From Ginglymostoma cirratum (lineage: Eukaryota): DNA of 64,000 bases. A program made the position numbers and the translations under genes. How positions within the stretch are numbered: position 1 is the first letter of the stretch; each line of letters begins with the position of its first letter. The notes under the pieces were generated by a model that saw nothing but the letters and a program-made list of their open reading frames with translations, was not told the DNA's origin and did not search any database. The stretch spans positions 73,548,391-73,612,390 of the forward strand of contig JAHRHZ010000144.1 of the NCBI GenBank assembly GCA_024137785.1, read 5' to 3'. Below are positions 40,692-54,242 of the stretch, one piece after another.

Positions 40692-42322
40692 CTTCGGAGG
40701 GGGAGACAGAGAGAGAGAGAGAGGAAGGGAAGGAAAAAAAAGAGGGAGCGTTTACAAAACATACACGCCAACAATGTGTTTTACGGTACTCATTTAAATA
40801 CTGCCCGCGAAATAAGGCAGAGCCCGGCCACCAGCGCACCGAGCGGACTTCGGTTCCCGCGATCCCACAAGCGGGCACCTCTCTCTCGGCTACACACGCA
40901 CATCGTTAACTCTCAGCCCTGACTCTATCCCCTAAAACCTTCACAAACTGGGGGCCAACTGCACAGGAGCGGAGTGCCTCAGACCGTCCAGAAAGACAGC
41001 TGAGATTCAGACCACCGTCATCTGTTTCTATTTCATGTTTCTTTTTAAAAGAGACAAAACAAGGCGATTGTTTCCTCCTCTCGCCCACCTCCTCCCCCCC
41101 TCCCTTCCACCACCCTTCACTCCAACCTCCAGGGGCTTGTTTTCTTGTTGACTTTTTTACTCTTTTGTTTGTCGGTGGGAAGGGAGCGCTGACTTACGAG
41201 ATGGGGGAAGAGGCGGAAAGCAGGACGTTCGATGGTACCGTTCGTTGGGCGTGAGGACCGGCATTGAACTGCTCTGCAGGACTTCTCGGAAAAAAAAATG
41301 TTTGATTTTTATTCCTCCTGACTGTAGGAAACGTGGGATCGTTAAACTACAGCAACGTCTGCAAACTGAGGTGTTGAATGGCAAACTAACGGTGCCGGCT
41401 GAGATCAGACTCGGTGTGTCATCTATGCATTTCCGCCCTCTCTGGAATTTACACTTTTACCTCTTTTTATTTACTTTTTCAAAACACCCCCCTTAAAAAA
41501 AACACAGCTATTACAAATCCTCATTTCACACACACACAAAACGCAAAGCATCAAACACCCGCGATGATTAAAGGTGATTCCGGCTCATGTAGGCAAAGTG
41601 TAACTGTGATATGACATGACTGTGGTAATTCCCCCAAATTTACAGATGTCCCTTTTCAAAAAAAAATAAAAAAAATTAAAGGACGCACACAACTGATTTA
41701 CGCCAGGCAAACCAGGGCAGGAAATGATCATTTTATAAACGTTTTGTTGTGAATTCAAACCGAAACGAAAAATGGGGGGGGGGGGGGGGCAGTTCAGGCG
41801 CTGTTCCAAAAAAAAGGTTCGCATCAAACAAGCGGCCAGCGCACACAAACTGTATGTTCAATGTGCAGATATTTACTCCGGTTCCTTGTAGATATGAAAG
41901 TCCGACCGCAATCCACATTAATTAAAAAAACGCATACAGCAACAAAGAGTATAAGATCACGCAAAAAATGGCCAGTCTGACTAAGCTTATGTAATAAATT
42001 CACATAAGCGACCAAGCATGTCATAGTGAAAAATGCCATCAGTGTGCCACACACAACTGCACTTTCTTTTTTACTTATTTCAGTGAAAGGGGGAAATAAA
42101 CAATTACGGCTGCTCCTACACAATGAAGTACACTTGAAACATCACCCGGTCCCCTGAATTCTGAGCAGAAAACACTTTAGCCATAAACTCGCCTTCAACA
42201 CGAACCCCACCTTTCACTTTTCTTTTGCCATCCTAATTGAATTTTGTCAGCCGCTACCACCTTCCCCCTCCCACCACTCCATAAGTTCGCTGTTTTCCTT
42301 TCCTTAAAGCTGAGAGTCCAAG

Positions 42323-42353
<31 letters not shown>

Positions 42354-42929
42354 TGGAAGCACCACTTAGTTCAAAATACGATTCAAAGTTTTGGCAACAA
42401 ATGTATTCACAGCGAACTGGGGACCCGGACTGTTTCACTCGGTTGTATATTTACAATCCGTGTCCCCTTTTCTGAAATCAATCGTCTAGAATTAAGAAAA
42501 ATCTATCGATTTTGTCTAATCTCTCGAAATTTCCGACTCTACATTGGAGCTGCAATGAGGGGCAAACACATTGTGAGTAAGGCACTGTCTCAGCAGGTAA
42601 CGGTTCCTTTCAATAACCTATTGCTCACTAAAAATAACAAAATCACAAAACGAGAAACACGCGTCGTGGAAGGAAAATAAAAACTGACATTTTAGTGCGA
42701 GGATTCATACCAGTTGACGGACATGTTTCATTTTGCCCCCTTTCAGCACCTTTTTCTAACACCTGGATGTCAGGTACTTGAACAAAGTTTTGCGCCTAAA
42801 ATGCAGGCAGGATCAGAGAGGGGTCGGCTGGAAAAAAAGTCTCTAAAGTTCATCTCCACTCACACAACAATACCTGCGCACAAAATCTCAATCTGTAAAT
42901 ACAGATAGATAGATAAATGTTTAAAATAC
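40692..42929 (-). other. ZEB2: ZEB2 intron 1 (5'-UTR intron, 2238 nt)
   Basis: GT at 42929-42928 and AG at 40693-40692. Size is similar to the ~2.5-kb mammalian 5'-UTR intron. Confidence 0.72.
42323..42349. repeat. (CA)n microsatellite in ZEB2 intron 1
   Basis: Seen directly. Confidence 0.95.
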
Positions 42930-43415
42930 CTGCTCTGTCCTGGCTCTGTTGTTTAGTAAGACTGCTGGGAGGTCGACAGCGTGCAGATGAAGGAACATGA
43001 AGATCAAGGCGAGATTTTTGTTTAAAAGGAAAGGGAAAAAAAGAAGCCTTTAAAGACTTGAGGAAGGACCGTTATTCCTGCTGTGCAGGTTAGAACTGAT
43101 CGCTCCGTTGTCTCTCACACCAGGAAACACAACCTGTGGACGGACTGACGTGTTCCGCTTGTTGGAATGACATTTTTCTATAAAGAGAGTCCCTGAAGTG
43201 CGGCCCCAGAAACACACGCCACCTATCTTCGTGGTAAGGGATAATTGAAGATCCGTAAACGTGATCATCGGTAGATGTGACGTTTTCAAACATTTTTCTC
43301 TCTCTCTCTCCCTCTGAGTGTCCAGTCCGAATCTGGATTAAATTACCTTTTCAATTCACAGCCATCACCAGAGAGGACGGGGCAAGGGGGAAGGCTGGTG
43401 ACCAGTGGGAATGCA
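42930..43415 (-). other. ZEB2: ZEB2 non-coding exon 1 (5' boundary approximate)
   Basis: The minus strand contains CTTCAATTATCCCT, AAGATAGGTGGCG, AAAAATGTCATT, AACACGTCAGTCCGTCC, TGTGTTTCCTGG, GATCAGTTCTAACCTGC and GCAGGAATAACGGTCCT, in the order I recall from the human ZEB2 5'-UTR. Ends at the donor GCAG|GTATTT (42930/42929). Confidence 0.8.
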
Positions 43416-43700
43416 GTTGCCTCTCTCCCTCGCTCGACGTAATCCTGAAATGGCATTCTTACAGGGTTAGCTGTATCTGAATGTCCTGATCACACAGCCC
43501 CGCGCTGCTCAGTGACTCAAAGCAAAAAACTCCAGTCCTTTCCAACTCCTATTCAATACACACAGGCGAGGCAGCGGGAGAGCTGGATGCATCGCTATGT
43601 TCACCAGATGAGGCTGCCGTTCGGGATCAGTACCGGGGTTGATTTTTTTTTTCAGATCACCTCTCCCCCTCCCTACCCCGCTCCAAACGCACACATGTTT
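43416..43700 (-). promoter_or_regulatory. ZEB2 proximal promoter with AP-1 site TGACTCA (43513-43519)
   Basis: CpG-rich sequence directly upstream of inferred exon 1. The perfect AP-1 heptamer is seen directly. No obvious TATA box. Confidence 0.6.
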
Positions 43701-46349
43701 ATTTCAATATCATTTATTATTTAACCGAAAGTTTGGGAGCTCGCGTCTTTTTTGTTTGGCCAACTCCGTCCGAATCCTGAAATCCCCAACTTTTCAGCTC
43801 GTCTCCGACCCTACAGAGTGTGTCACTCGAAATAACCGCTTCACAAAAAACTTTTATGGGTTTCTACCGTGGGAACTTTTGATTTTCAAGCAAAACACGG
43901 GAGTCTTTTTAGGAATGGCCCTTGTAGACTGTTCTCTCCCAGTGTCTTGTGATTTGTCATTTAATTATCCTGATCTTTAAGGACTTGGTTTTAAACAGCA
44001 AACTCTTAAGATTATTCAAACCACCGTTCTGACCCTCTAACCCCAAGTAACCGATCTAGAAATGAGGGGTGTGGGCATTGGGCGGTGTGAAACGCACTGG
44101 CGGCCAAAGGGTTAACGCATTAAGTTGACGAAGTTCTCATGGGAAATAAAAGAATACCTGGTTTTAACTTAACCACGACCCACAAGGATGGGATTTCGTA
44201 AGATTGTTAGGATGAAGCGGCGCATAGATTTGGGTTTATGGGGTGTGGTTGCCAAATGCCTTATGTTTGTAAGTGCTTATGTGCGTTTATCCGCGCCACT
44301 GTGTCTGTGCGCTTTCCCCCTACTTTTACTGACTAGTTGTACTTGTCCGAATATCTGCTTCTCACCGTTAGTCCAAAAAAGCTCAGCCTCCGCAATGCTA
44401 CCATTGGCTCCGTCACAGCCCCAAGCGGTTCTGACATGTCGCTAACTCCTGTTTGGTTAATTAAGTTTTCAATCAGCAGACAGAGGGTGATAATACATCG
44501 GATTGATAATTCATCGAAGCCCGTCCTTTATTATCGCAGGAATGGGAGGGACGCTGAGATCTTTTTCCTAAGCGTGTACAACTTATGAGATGTTGTGGTT
44601 TCTGTAACGAAATATAAGGGAGCTCCCTAGAGATATGGAAAAGTCTTGATTCCCGAGATGTCTCTTTTTAACTCCTGTAATTATTCCAACATCAATGGTT
44701 AAGGGTAGCACAAGCTGCTTCGTTATAACGGCTGGGTTTATAAATTGTTTGAACAAAATGACCCGGTTAAGGGGGATTCTGTCGAAATGTAAACCAAGTT
44801 TATAGAATTTCACAGCAAAATCTCCTCCATTCCTGTCTGAGGGAAGTTCTGTGCTCACTGCCAAAAGTTTATCCAGAGCTGAGGCCAGAAGTCATTCTAT
44901 TATTTTTTTCAATATAAGAATTTGATAAATCATTTTTCTTAATGTTGCAACATAACAAGTTAAAAGAATACCCAGGATGGATATAAAGTGGTGAAAATTG
45001 AGTCAAACTCTTGCCTCACTCGCTTACAAGGAACAAGTGATTCTAATAACGCTGCTTCTTTTCACTTGGAATAAATTCTGACTGTATGTAGCTTTTTAAA
45101 ATGAATTTTCCTTTTGATGCATATTGCAAATGCTTTTGTTTTGTGAGAATTTGGAAGGTAGTGATGGTGGCGAGCAAACATATTGCATTAAGCTGTATTC
45201 TTCAGGAAAAAAACACTATTTTCAGTAAGACAAGATTTTAAAAATGATAAATTGTGCAAGATTCAGTAAGTTATAGGGTGTAATCATATGAGTAGAGAGT
45301 AGACTGATTTTCCCTTGAGCATAATTCTAATAATCTTTATTTAACTTAGTATTCACCACTGGTTTAAAAATCTAATGACTAAAGAGGCTAGTGATTCACT
45401 TAAAATGTGTTTTTCAGGCTGCTTCATTTGCTGTACTTTTGCATTATTTTTCATTTAGATGGTAGACCGATGACCTAATTGTGGAAACTCTTGTCGAGAG
45501 GTTTATTGATCTGACAGAATGAAGGACTTTATTTAACATCAGCAAAGGTACAGTCATCAAATGGCATTTCTGCAATGTTGCAATTTCCGTATATACTTTT
45601 GCAAGTATTAGGATGAACTCCTCTAATCATTTTCACGTCTACCCAGTTACCAGAAAAATCATATAGACGAGGAATGTTCTGCATTTGATTAATGCCGATT
45701 AAATGATCTCAGCCGAGGTGGCAATTGTAATTGGTTTCAGGGCTCCTGGCTTAAAGAATGGAAAATTGGCCAAAGTTCATAACATCCAGCATGAGTGGCC
45801 ATGCGTGGTCATCAGGTGAGGGCAGGGCTTCAGTTGATTGATGTTTCTTGTGGCCACATGGTCTCTGCCACTGCCAAGACATGTGTAAGAATAATGATCA
45901 CTTAAGGGAGATACTGTGCAGCAGAGAGTGTGTGAGGAACTGTTCCCCAGCAAGAAATCAAGATGCTTAGAAGAACAGAAAAAATGTTGGTGATTAACAA
46001 TGAGGAAGAAGTATTAAAACAACAAAGTAAGCACTCTGAGGTGTTTTATAAAAAACTGTCTGATTTTTAGGTGACACTGATTTTTAAACAATTAGTACTG
46101 AGCTACCTGTAATTTACATGTGGCCCATTTTTAAAGGAAAGACAAAAAGAGAGCACAAGTTAGCCTGTAAAATAATTCATTTCTGAATGACCTTTTCTTT
46201 TACTGTGAGTGTCATTAAGCACATTTTTTTCAGTCATTTACTTTTAAAAGGAATACTGATAGTGATGCTTCAATTCAAAGAAACACACAAAAGTTCTGCA
46301 CATCATCTGACTGATCTTAAATATAAAATATGATCCTAAATTAATCACT

Positions 46350-46900
46350 CCCTCAAATATTCATCCCATTCCTCCTTATATAATCTCACACTATCTTCCT
46401 CTTTTCCATAATCCACTCCACATGTTCCCCATTTGCTGTATTAAAAAAGTTCTAAGCCCTTTGCAAATTTCATTTTCTAAACCCAAGTTTATGTTCCCTA
46501 GTTCTTGCATTTGTAGCAATGTCAAATATTGTATTAATATTCAAATTAACCATCCCTTTAATACTATTGAATAACTTATCTGAGCCTTCTGTTCTTCAAA
46601 ACAAGTTATGGTACTTCTTCTTATAACTCAAATGTCAAAGGTAGACAACAGTTAGCTTTTCCATTTCATGACCACTCCTGATGTACAGATATCCTTGCCA
46701 TGGCACAGTGACCAGTATAATATACAATGTCCTCATGGCAGCCAACTAGTGCCTTGAGCAAATTTATTGTCTCCTTGTAAAATATGTGTTCGTGGTCTCT
46801 TGGTATGCTTGTTAGTTTTAATTACTGCTTCCGCTCACTGAACCATTAGGTTCCATAAGGATATGCTCATTTTCCTTGTTCACTTTTCAATATAATGTCC
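46350..46900 (-). mobile_element. Very old CR1-like LINE 3' remnant
   Basis: Faint resemblance (e.g. GGCACAGTGACCAGTATAATATACAATGTCCTCATGGCAGCCAACTAGTG) to the reverse complement of the LVRPHLEYCVQFWSP region. Confidence 0.35.
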
Positions 46901-48759
46901 TCTGCCATTGAAGCCATTTGGTTTGTGTTGTCACTTTTTAAATTTATTTTGCGAATGTCCACTTTTAAACTCATCTGATGAATCAATTGTGACTCCTTTA
47001 TTCAGCCTTTGTTGTAGTTTTTAGACTGACATGGTGTTCTGCATCATGTGCTTTGCGATGGGGAGGAACATGTGCAAAAAATCTTTTGTCTAACTTTGAG
47101 GGCTTGGTGGGAAACCTGAGGTCAGGAGCCAATTTGTTGACTGTGACAACTACAGCCCAAACACAGTTTGGTAAGATGTGATCCCTAATGGGTGAAACCA
47201 CCATTTATTTCAGTTTTGGACCAAAGCCGCCAATGATCCAATTAATAACAGTGCCAATCTGAATAATTTAGGTAAATCTGAAGGAATTTTGCTTTAAATG
47301 GCCTTTTCCTTTAATAAATCTATATTATAAAGTACAATTTTTTTTGGCAATTGCCCACTTTGCATATATGCAGCAGATTATTGTAAACAGTATAATACAA
47401 TCTGTTAGGCATATCACTGTATTTGATACAAATTTATCATAACAATCTGTGAGAACGTGTTGAAAATGAGCACTCTTCAGTTCAGCAGGCTTAAGATGAT
47501 AACATAAGAGAGTGCTTTTTACAAAACAAATTAACATAAATTTGACTTGATATCTAAATACTAAATTCTCACTAACACTGCAAACAAAGTGTGTTTGTAG
47601 ATTCACATTTTGTGAATGTTAGGTGTCCCAGCTGAGATACAAAAGCGATCAGAATACTTGTCCTCACTGAAAGCACCGGTATTGCTTTTAAATGCTGTTT
47701 CTGGGCCCATCTGGGTCAATGTAAGATTGGTGTCAGTTCATATAGACAGGAAGGGTCATAAGGCAGGCACAGATTTGCAAATGGAAGTGAAAAGCAGTAG
47801 CATTTGGGAAGCTCTTTGTTGATTTCACTCCATGTCACTCAGTTTTTGAAGGCAAATCTATAGCTAGTTAATTAGTCCCAGCTTCTGAGCAACAGTTTCC
47901 CACTCCCTCAAACCTCCCAAGATGAAGTGGTTAGCCATAATTTACGTGAGATATTTCAATAAATATTTGATTGAATGCAGAAATGGTTAACTGAAGCGAC
48001 AAATTGCACCTTTGTGTCTCTTATCTAAGTAAATATATAGAATGCAAAAATTGTACTTGCTATTGTCATTTTCTAAGATTCTTCAAATATTAAACCTTGT
48101 GGCATAACTGTTGCTAAAATGCATCACTTTGACAGAATTTACAAAAATACATTTTGTCCAGCTGTTGCCATCACAAGTTTCCTGTCTTTTCAGAAGGATG
48201 AAACACATGCTGGATACATTTCTGTGAGCATCAGTATACTCTGGCACCACGTCTAAGTGGCCATTCTTCATTTATGAGTCTGATCTGTGAATCTATTTAA
48301 TTGTGGAGAAAAGCATAGTTCACTTTGTTGGTGTCCTCATTGAAGCCCTTCAGGACACTAAAGAGCACTTAAAATTATGAAACCTTATCTAATGCTTTCC
48401 TTCTCAGGCATAGGATGCTGAGAAGGCATGTGGCATTCCCACAAATTTCCTAGCTAAAGGTTTGCTCATTCAGCACTGAATAGCAATCAAACCTGGATAT
48501 TTCCCGATCTGTATTACCTGTGGCTTGTTGCTACATATGTTATACTGGCTGTATTCAACGCATCCCAATATTACAATGTGCTTGTTAAAGAAGCATTAAC
48601 ATGTGCAAAGGACTTGTTTTGGGCTAAAGTTCTGGATATCTGATATAGTGTGTGGCATACTTCCAAAATGCAATGAGCGTATGCTTCCTTACCATCATAT
48701 TGGATGCTTAAGAGTCCATTTATTAGATACAAAATTGATGTAACACAATTGAGTTTCTG

Positions 48760-49575
48760 GCCCACAACCTTTGATGGACCATAGCTTCTTCCAATTGAAT
48801 AATGGCAAGTTCAAAGCCATTATCTTCGGCATTCATCACACATTCAGGTCACTCATTCCAAACCCTATCGTCTTAGATTAAAGAACACTATTTGCAATCT
48901 CAGTGTCAAACTGGGCTTCTAGCTAAGTGTCCAACCTGAGATCCTTTTCATCCTAAAGAATGCCAGAGGCTATTTCCCTTAGTATTTTCTGGTACTTAAC
49001 AATCCCATCTGCTGTTGAAAATCAAGCGTCAAATTTCATCTCCTTGAGATTCTGTCACCTCATTGTTTTCCTGGATGGTGTTCCCATTATCATTGGCCAT
49101 AAATTTTAGGTTATTTGAAAACTCTGCTACCTATATCCTATCCTGCACCAGGTCACACAAACCCGTCACCCCATCTATCCTCATTCACCTTTGTTCCAGT
49201 TTCCTCCAGCCTCAAATTTAAAAGTATAATTAAAAAAAAATTCAGATCTTTTCTTGGCCTTGTTGTTTTATGTCTGTCAACCCCATGGTCCCTGGTTGCT
49301 CTGTTCCTCTGTTATAATCTCTTGCATTTATCTACTTACCTTCAGCCCAGTGATCACATCTTAAAATCTCCCGACACTGCACGGCCCTTAAACCTCTGAC
49401 TTACCCACTGCTAGCTCCTCATTTAAGCAAACAATTTCTTTGATCGATCTTGAACTTTTGTTCACCTCTACTAATATCTCCTTTTGCGGATCAGCACCCA
49501 TTTTTGTCCAATTGCTTTTGTAAAAGCAGCTTGGGACAGTCATCTATCTAACGGTGTGTTATAAATGTGTGTTTT
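48760..49575 (+). mobile_element. Decayed L2-clade LINE 3' portion
   Basis: FFQLNNGKFKAII-like remnant (L2 FLQLNxxKTE motif), GCCTCAAATTTAAAA (RIxFK), and an L2-type tail GTAAAAGCAGCTTGGGAC...TATAAATG. Confidence 0.55.
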
Positions 49576-52224
49576 TCATCTTAACAGAGACACTAAACTG
49601 TTTATTTCAACGAAGGTAATATTACTCTCAAAATAAAATAAATGAATTCCATGCAAACATTTTAATGTTCATATACTAATATACATACTGCATAATTTAA
49701 TGTCATGTAATTATTGACTAAACTGTGGAGGAGGAAAGAGAGCAGAAATGAACTTTTAATGACTTTGTTCTAGGATTATGGATTTATTTGTGTCGAGACA
49801 TACTTATATGAAAGCACCAGAACATCACTGTATCTGAAGATCAAAAAGATGGCTTGGTAATCTGACCAACATAATTGCTGGTAGAGACATTTGTCTAGCC
49901 TGACATTATGAATGTGTTGTTCAGCTTCAGCAGCCTACCTGAATTCTGTTAAATGTAACTGAGGATGATCTTAGGTTATAAACTTGTCATTTGAACATAT
50001 TTCACAACAATCTTCACAACACCTTCCCTGAAGTCAGAAAGTGACAAGCTTTTTATCTGATAATACAGTTAGCCAACCTCATGGAGTGCAACAACATCAG
50101 ACAAACTCTCAGCTCCAATCCCTGTGGTGAGAGAATGGAACATCTACAGGAGATACACTTTGGAGTCGCAAAGAAACAGGAATGGCTCCAAAATGGCTGT
50201 AGTTCTCTTTGAAGCCAAAGGTGGTCCTTGCCTGGCACTAGTAAGACTACTCTTCACCCCTGCAGTTCCTACGATGTTATCTTACATGTCCTACTGTGTG
50301 CAACATTGTCAATTTTATAACAGTTGTTGAGGGAACCTTCTGCTATTTAAGGTATTGTCATGAGATTCTATCAAACATTTTAAAAGCACACAGCATTAGT
50401 CAGATAATTAGTGGACAAGGAGCTGAGAAACTATACTTTGAAACTTCATTAGTTGTGTGACATATTTATAAATTGTCTGTTTTCAAAAGTGAAGCAGCTC
50501 TCCCCATCTCAGTTCAGCAATATTTAAAATCACCTTCACATTGCACGAAAATAAAAGTGAGCAGCATGTGCAGTTATTAAGCAAGATAATATATGGTCTG
50601 TTATATTTCTGTGATGTATGACAGTCAATAAGAACATGTCATCAGTCATGGCAGCACAGTTTAATTGATTATAAATGGCATGACAATTTGTGAAACTTCT
50701 GGCCCTTCACTCTCTGTCATTTAGATCAAGAGTTTCAACATTTTTTCTAATGTATTGCATTTGATCTGGAGGCATAACTTTGTCATTCTGACTTGTTAAG
50801 GGGAAGAAAAAAAGGAACAGCTGGCTTGGTGATCATTATGTACAAAGTAGGCAGTTTTGTAAATTAATATAAAGGGAGTAGCTATCACCCAAAAGCACTT
50901 AAACTGACCTGGATGCAAAAAAAAGTGTTGGATGAACACAGGGCCTATTGTGGTGACACTTTCTTTATTAAAATATATCTTGGGAACAACTTCAACACTC
51001 GGGATTAATGCAAAATTATTTCCATCTCAATTGCCATGTTTACCCTTCCCTGTCTATATCATTAATGCCTTGCTGGTAGCCAAGTTCTCCTTAATTCAGC
51101 CCTTTCACTAATCAGTGGCTAAAATTTCAAAAATATGCTGTACTTAAAGTGATGAATTTCCAGTGGAAGTGGTAAATTTGAAAAGTAGGTCAGCGAGCAA
51201 CATTCACAGGCCCACTAGGAGTTAAATTCTTGAAGTTGCATTTTTGTAGAATTTGCCAAATGATTATTTAAATGATGAGATTTCTGTGAATGTTACAAAT
51301 TTAATTATAATATTACAACATAGGAGATTTACATTAGTTGGAAAACTAACTAATGAATCTCTAGTTTGTGAAATTTAAATATTGCTCTAATAAAAAGATT
51401 ACTGTATTGCCAGATATTCAGAGACCTCATAAATTCAATGCATTTGTGAAGGGAAAAAAAAGCACTGCTTGCTTGAATTCCTTTAAGTACGAAAAGCTGT
51501 GCTTAAAAGAAAAACGTCAGCATTCACTGTATTAAAGTAACTCACATTCAGTCTGCTTTTATTTAAAGACTATGTGCTATCCCATATTTCTGGTATGCAA
51601 CTTTAAAAAAGTATCAAACTGCATTTATGTTAATGGTTCAATAAATTCAAATTCTGAATTAAAACTTTGAATACTTAAGTATTGAAACAGCTGCCTTTAT
51701 ATGATAGATGACTCAAATATGTACCTCTAAAAATTGTGGTCTGTCTGTCATTGGACTGTGAATAATTCCTATGTCTACTACTTTTATACCACCAGAGAAA
51801 TCTGTCCACCATTAGTCTGCTCAGAGTTTAGTCACATCCATTAATGTCTGGAATGGTATGTTATTATTAGGTTACCAGGTGTTGGATTCACACCACTACA
51901 AGACTGTTAGTGATTACACCAGGAGTGGGCTGATGCCATCACTAAGCAAAAGGACTGCTAACCCAGCACTCTTCATCTTCTTGAGGGCAATCAAGACTCT
52001 TAATAATTGAATTAAAGCTGACAAAGTATTGAAGCAAAGCACAAAAAAAGGTCCTCTTAAATCGCAGCTTGTTCAGTGTTGGGAACATTAGTGATTTGAA
52101 GTTACTAACCACTAGGCCACAGTCAGTCTGAGTAGCACGTACATGTCAAAGGTCACATTTACCCAATAAAGTGCCTTATAAAAGAATTTTACCAGTAATT
52201 TACTTTAAAACATTTCACTTTAGG

Positions 52225-52500
52225 CTCCCTGCTGGCCCAGTGGGTAAATAAATTGTGTGATGTGATATTGAAGCATGCAGATCAGGATGGCTCCAGTTTT
52301 TATCCCTGTTCTGTGCTGACCTGACAAATCTCACTTGCTATGGGGAAGCAATGTGAATTTCAGTCACTGGATTAGAGAGGGGATAATCAGCAGAGTTCCT
52401 GTTCCTGATCACTATCATATGACTCTGGTTGGAATGTATGCGTTTGGATGCCAGGTGAGTATGGGATTAGGCTCCACTGTGATCTCTATCATATATAAAT
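52225..52500 (+). mobile_element. Old SINE-like remnant, family uncertain
   Basis: tRNA-like head TGGCCCAGTGGGTAA and ATCCCTGTTCTGTGCTGA. A related motif occurs on the minus strand at ~16725-16755. Confidence 0.35.
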
Positions 52501-52944
52501 GGTTTGCAAATACTTAATTTTGATTTGGAGTAACTGTTGAACCCTCTATGCTTTGTGCCCATTACTTCCATCATTAATATTTCACAAATGCTTAACAAAG
52601 TGTGTATTAGATAACTCGGTAAATCGCCTTACAAGGTAGTTTGCCTTACCAATAATGCACATGAAACAGAAGCCAAAATTATTTTAGTTCCTGAAGATTG
52701 GTTTCTGGCCAAACCTCTTCATTGTTGCACATGAAAATAAAAAAAAATCAAACAAAAAAAGTGTAATTTGTCTTAACAAGTGTATAGTCAGACTGTTCAC
52801 AATTTATCATGTTGTGCACTTTACCAAAATTGAGTCAATATTATGAGTAAGGTGAACGCTTAGCCAATACTTTGTGGATTTTCTGCTTCTGTTATGTCAG
52901 CATCACAGACTAACATCTGTATTCCACCAATTTTTTATGAATGT

Positions 52945-53252
52945 GGTTTAACAATGTGATAATGACCAAGTAATCTGTTTGTGTGATGTTGACTGAGTGA
53001 TATAAATTGCTAGGACAGCAGGAATAACTCTCCTACTCTTATACAAGTACTGCCATGGGATTATTTACATCCACCTATACAGGGGATGGGAACCTCAGCA
53101 TAATGTATTTTCTGAAAGACAACACCCCTCTGACAGTCTTATGTTCCCTTAGTACTGCTCTGGAGTGTCAGCCTTGATGTTTCATTCTCAAACCCTAGAG
53201 TGGGATTTGAACCCAGATCCTTGTATTGAGAAGCAAGAGCGCTAGCAATAGA
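52945..53252 (-). mobile_element. DeuSINE (SacSINE1-like) with tRNA head
   Basis: Minus strand has B-box GGGTTCAAATCCCACTC, then GCTGACACTCCAGAGCAGTACT, GTCTTTCAGAA, GTGGATGTAAATAATCCCATGGCAGTAC and AAGAGTAGGAGAGTTATTCCTGCTGTCCTAGCAA, which are Deu-domain motifs. Confidence 0.7.
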
Positions 53253-54242
53253 TGACACATTATTATCGACCCTGAATGAATTAAACAAAACTGGTCACTT
53301 TTCATAGATACCATAACCATCGTTCTAAATTGGATGCCATTGGATCTATAATTTGCAAATTTGTGTGTGTTCTTCTATCCTCCACACCTCTTCTTAACTG
53401 GCTACAATAGTTTTACTTCTAAGGAACTAATTGACATAATATTGGATATACAATAATCTATTCACTATTAATAGGAATACTGTAAATTGTTTTTCTGTTA
53501 TATGCTTATAATTTAGAAATCCTCCTCCAATATTTGAAAAGTGGGTGAGTCATGAAGGGTTAAAAATGACTTGTTTTGACTAAAATTAAATGTCCTCTGC
53601 CTAAATCCTGTACTTGATCAGCTTTGTAGTAATATCTTACAATTGACTGTACTTTTAGTGAATGGTCAATAATCACAAAAAAAACCTATCCCATTGATAA
53701 TTCATTGCACAGTTTTTGTAAAATTGTTTTGATTAAATCTAGTTTGGTTGGCTCCTGAAATTTCTTTGAAATTTTATGACGCCACCTCTTTAAGAAGTGA
53801 TACTTGTACATATCCCATTAGGGTCGATTTGCCCAGATATATAATTAGATTGTGACTTATTCCCCATTGATCTGATTTACTTCAAACCTATTTTGGTGAT
53901 CCAAATCCTTCCAGATATTTTATGATGTTGCCCCTTTAGAGAGAAGAACTTATACATATCTTAGTGGGAGTGAAAGTAATCTACAGACCTGCTGATTGCC
54001 CAGCATGTTCGTTGTTTGTAGTATGCCCTTTGTGACCAGCAGGCACCACATGGTATTTGCATGCTAAATTTTGCTGATGTGACGCTGTTGAAATGATTCT
54101 GTTGTTGTAGATTGTTCAGGACATGAAATGGTTTTGGCAAAATTGAAGTCAATGTAAAAACTAAATTTGGCAGCATATTAAATGAGTTGCTGATTTGCTT
54201 CACCCAGTTTGCACGACCGCACAAGATCAATTTTTAAAAATT

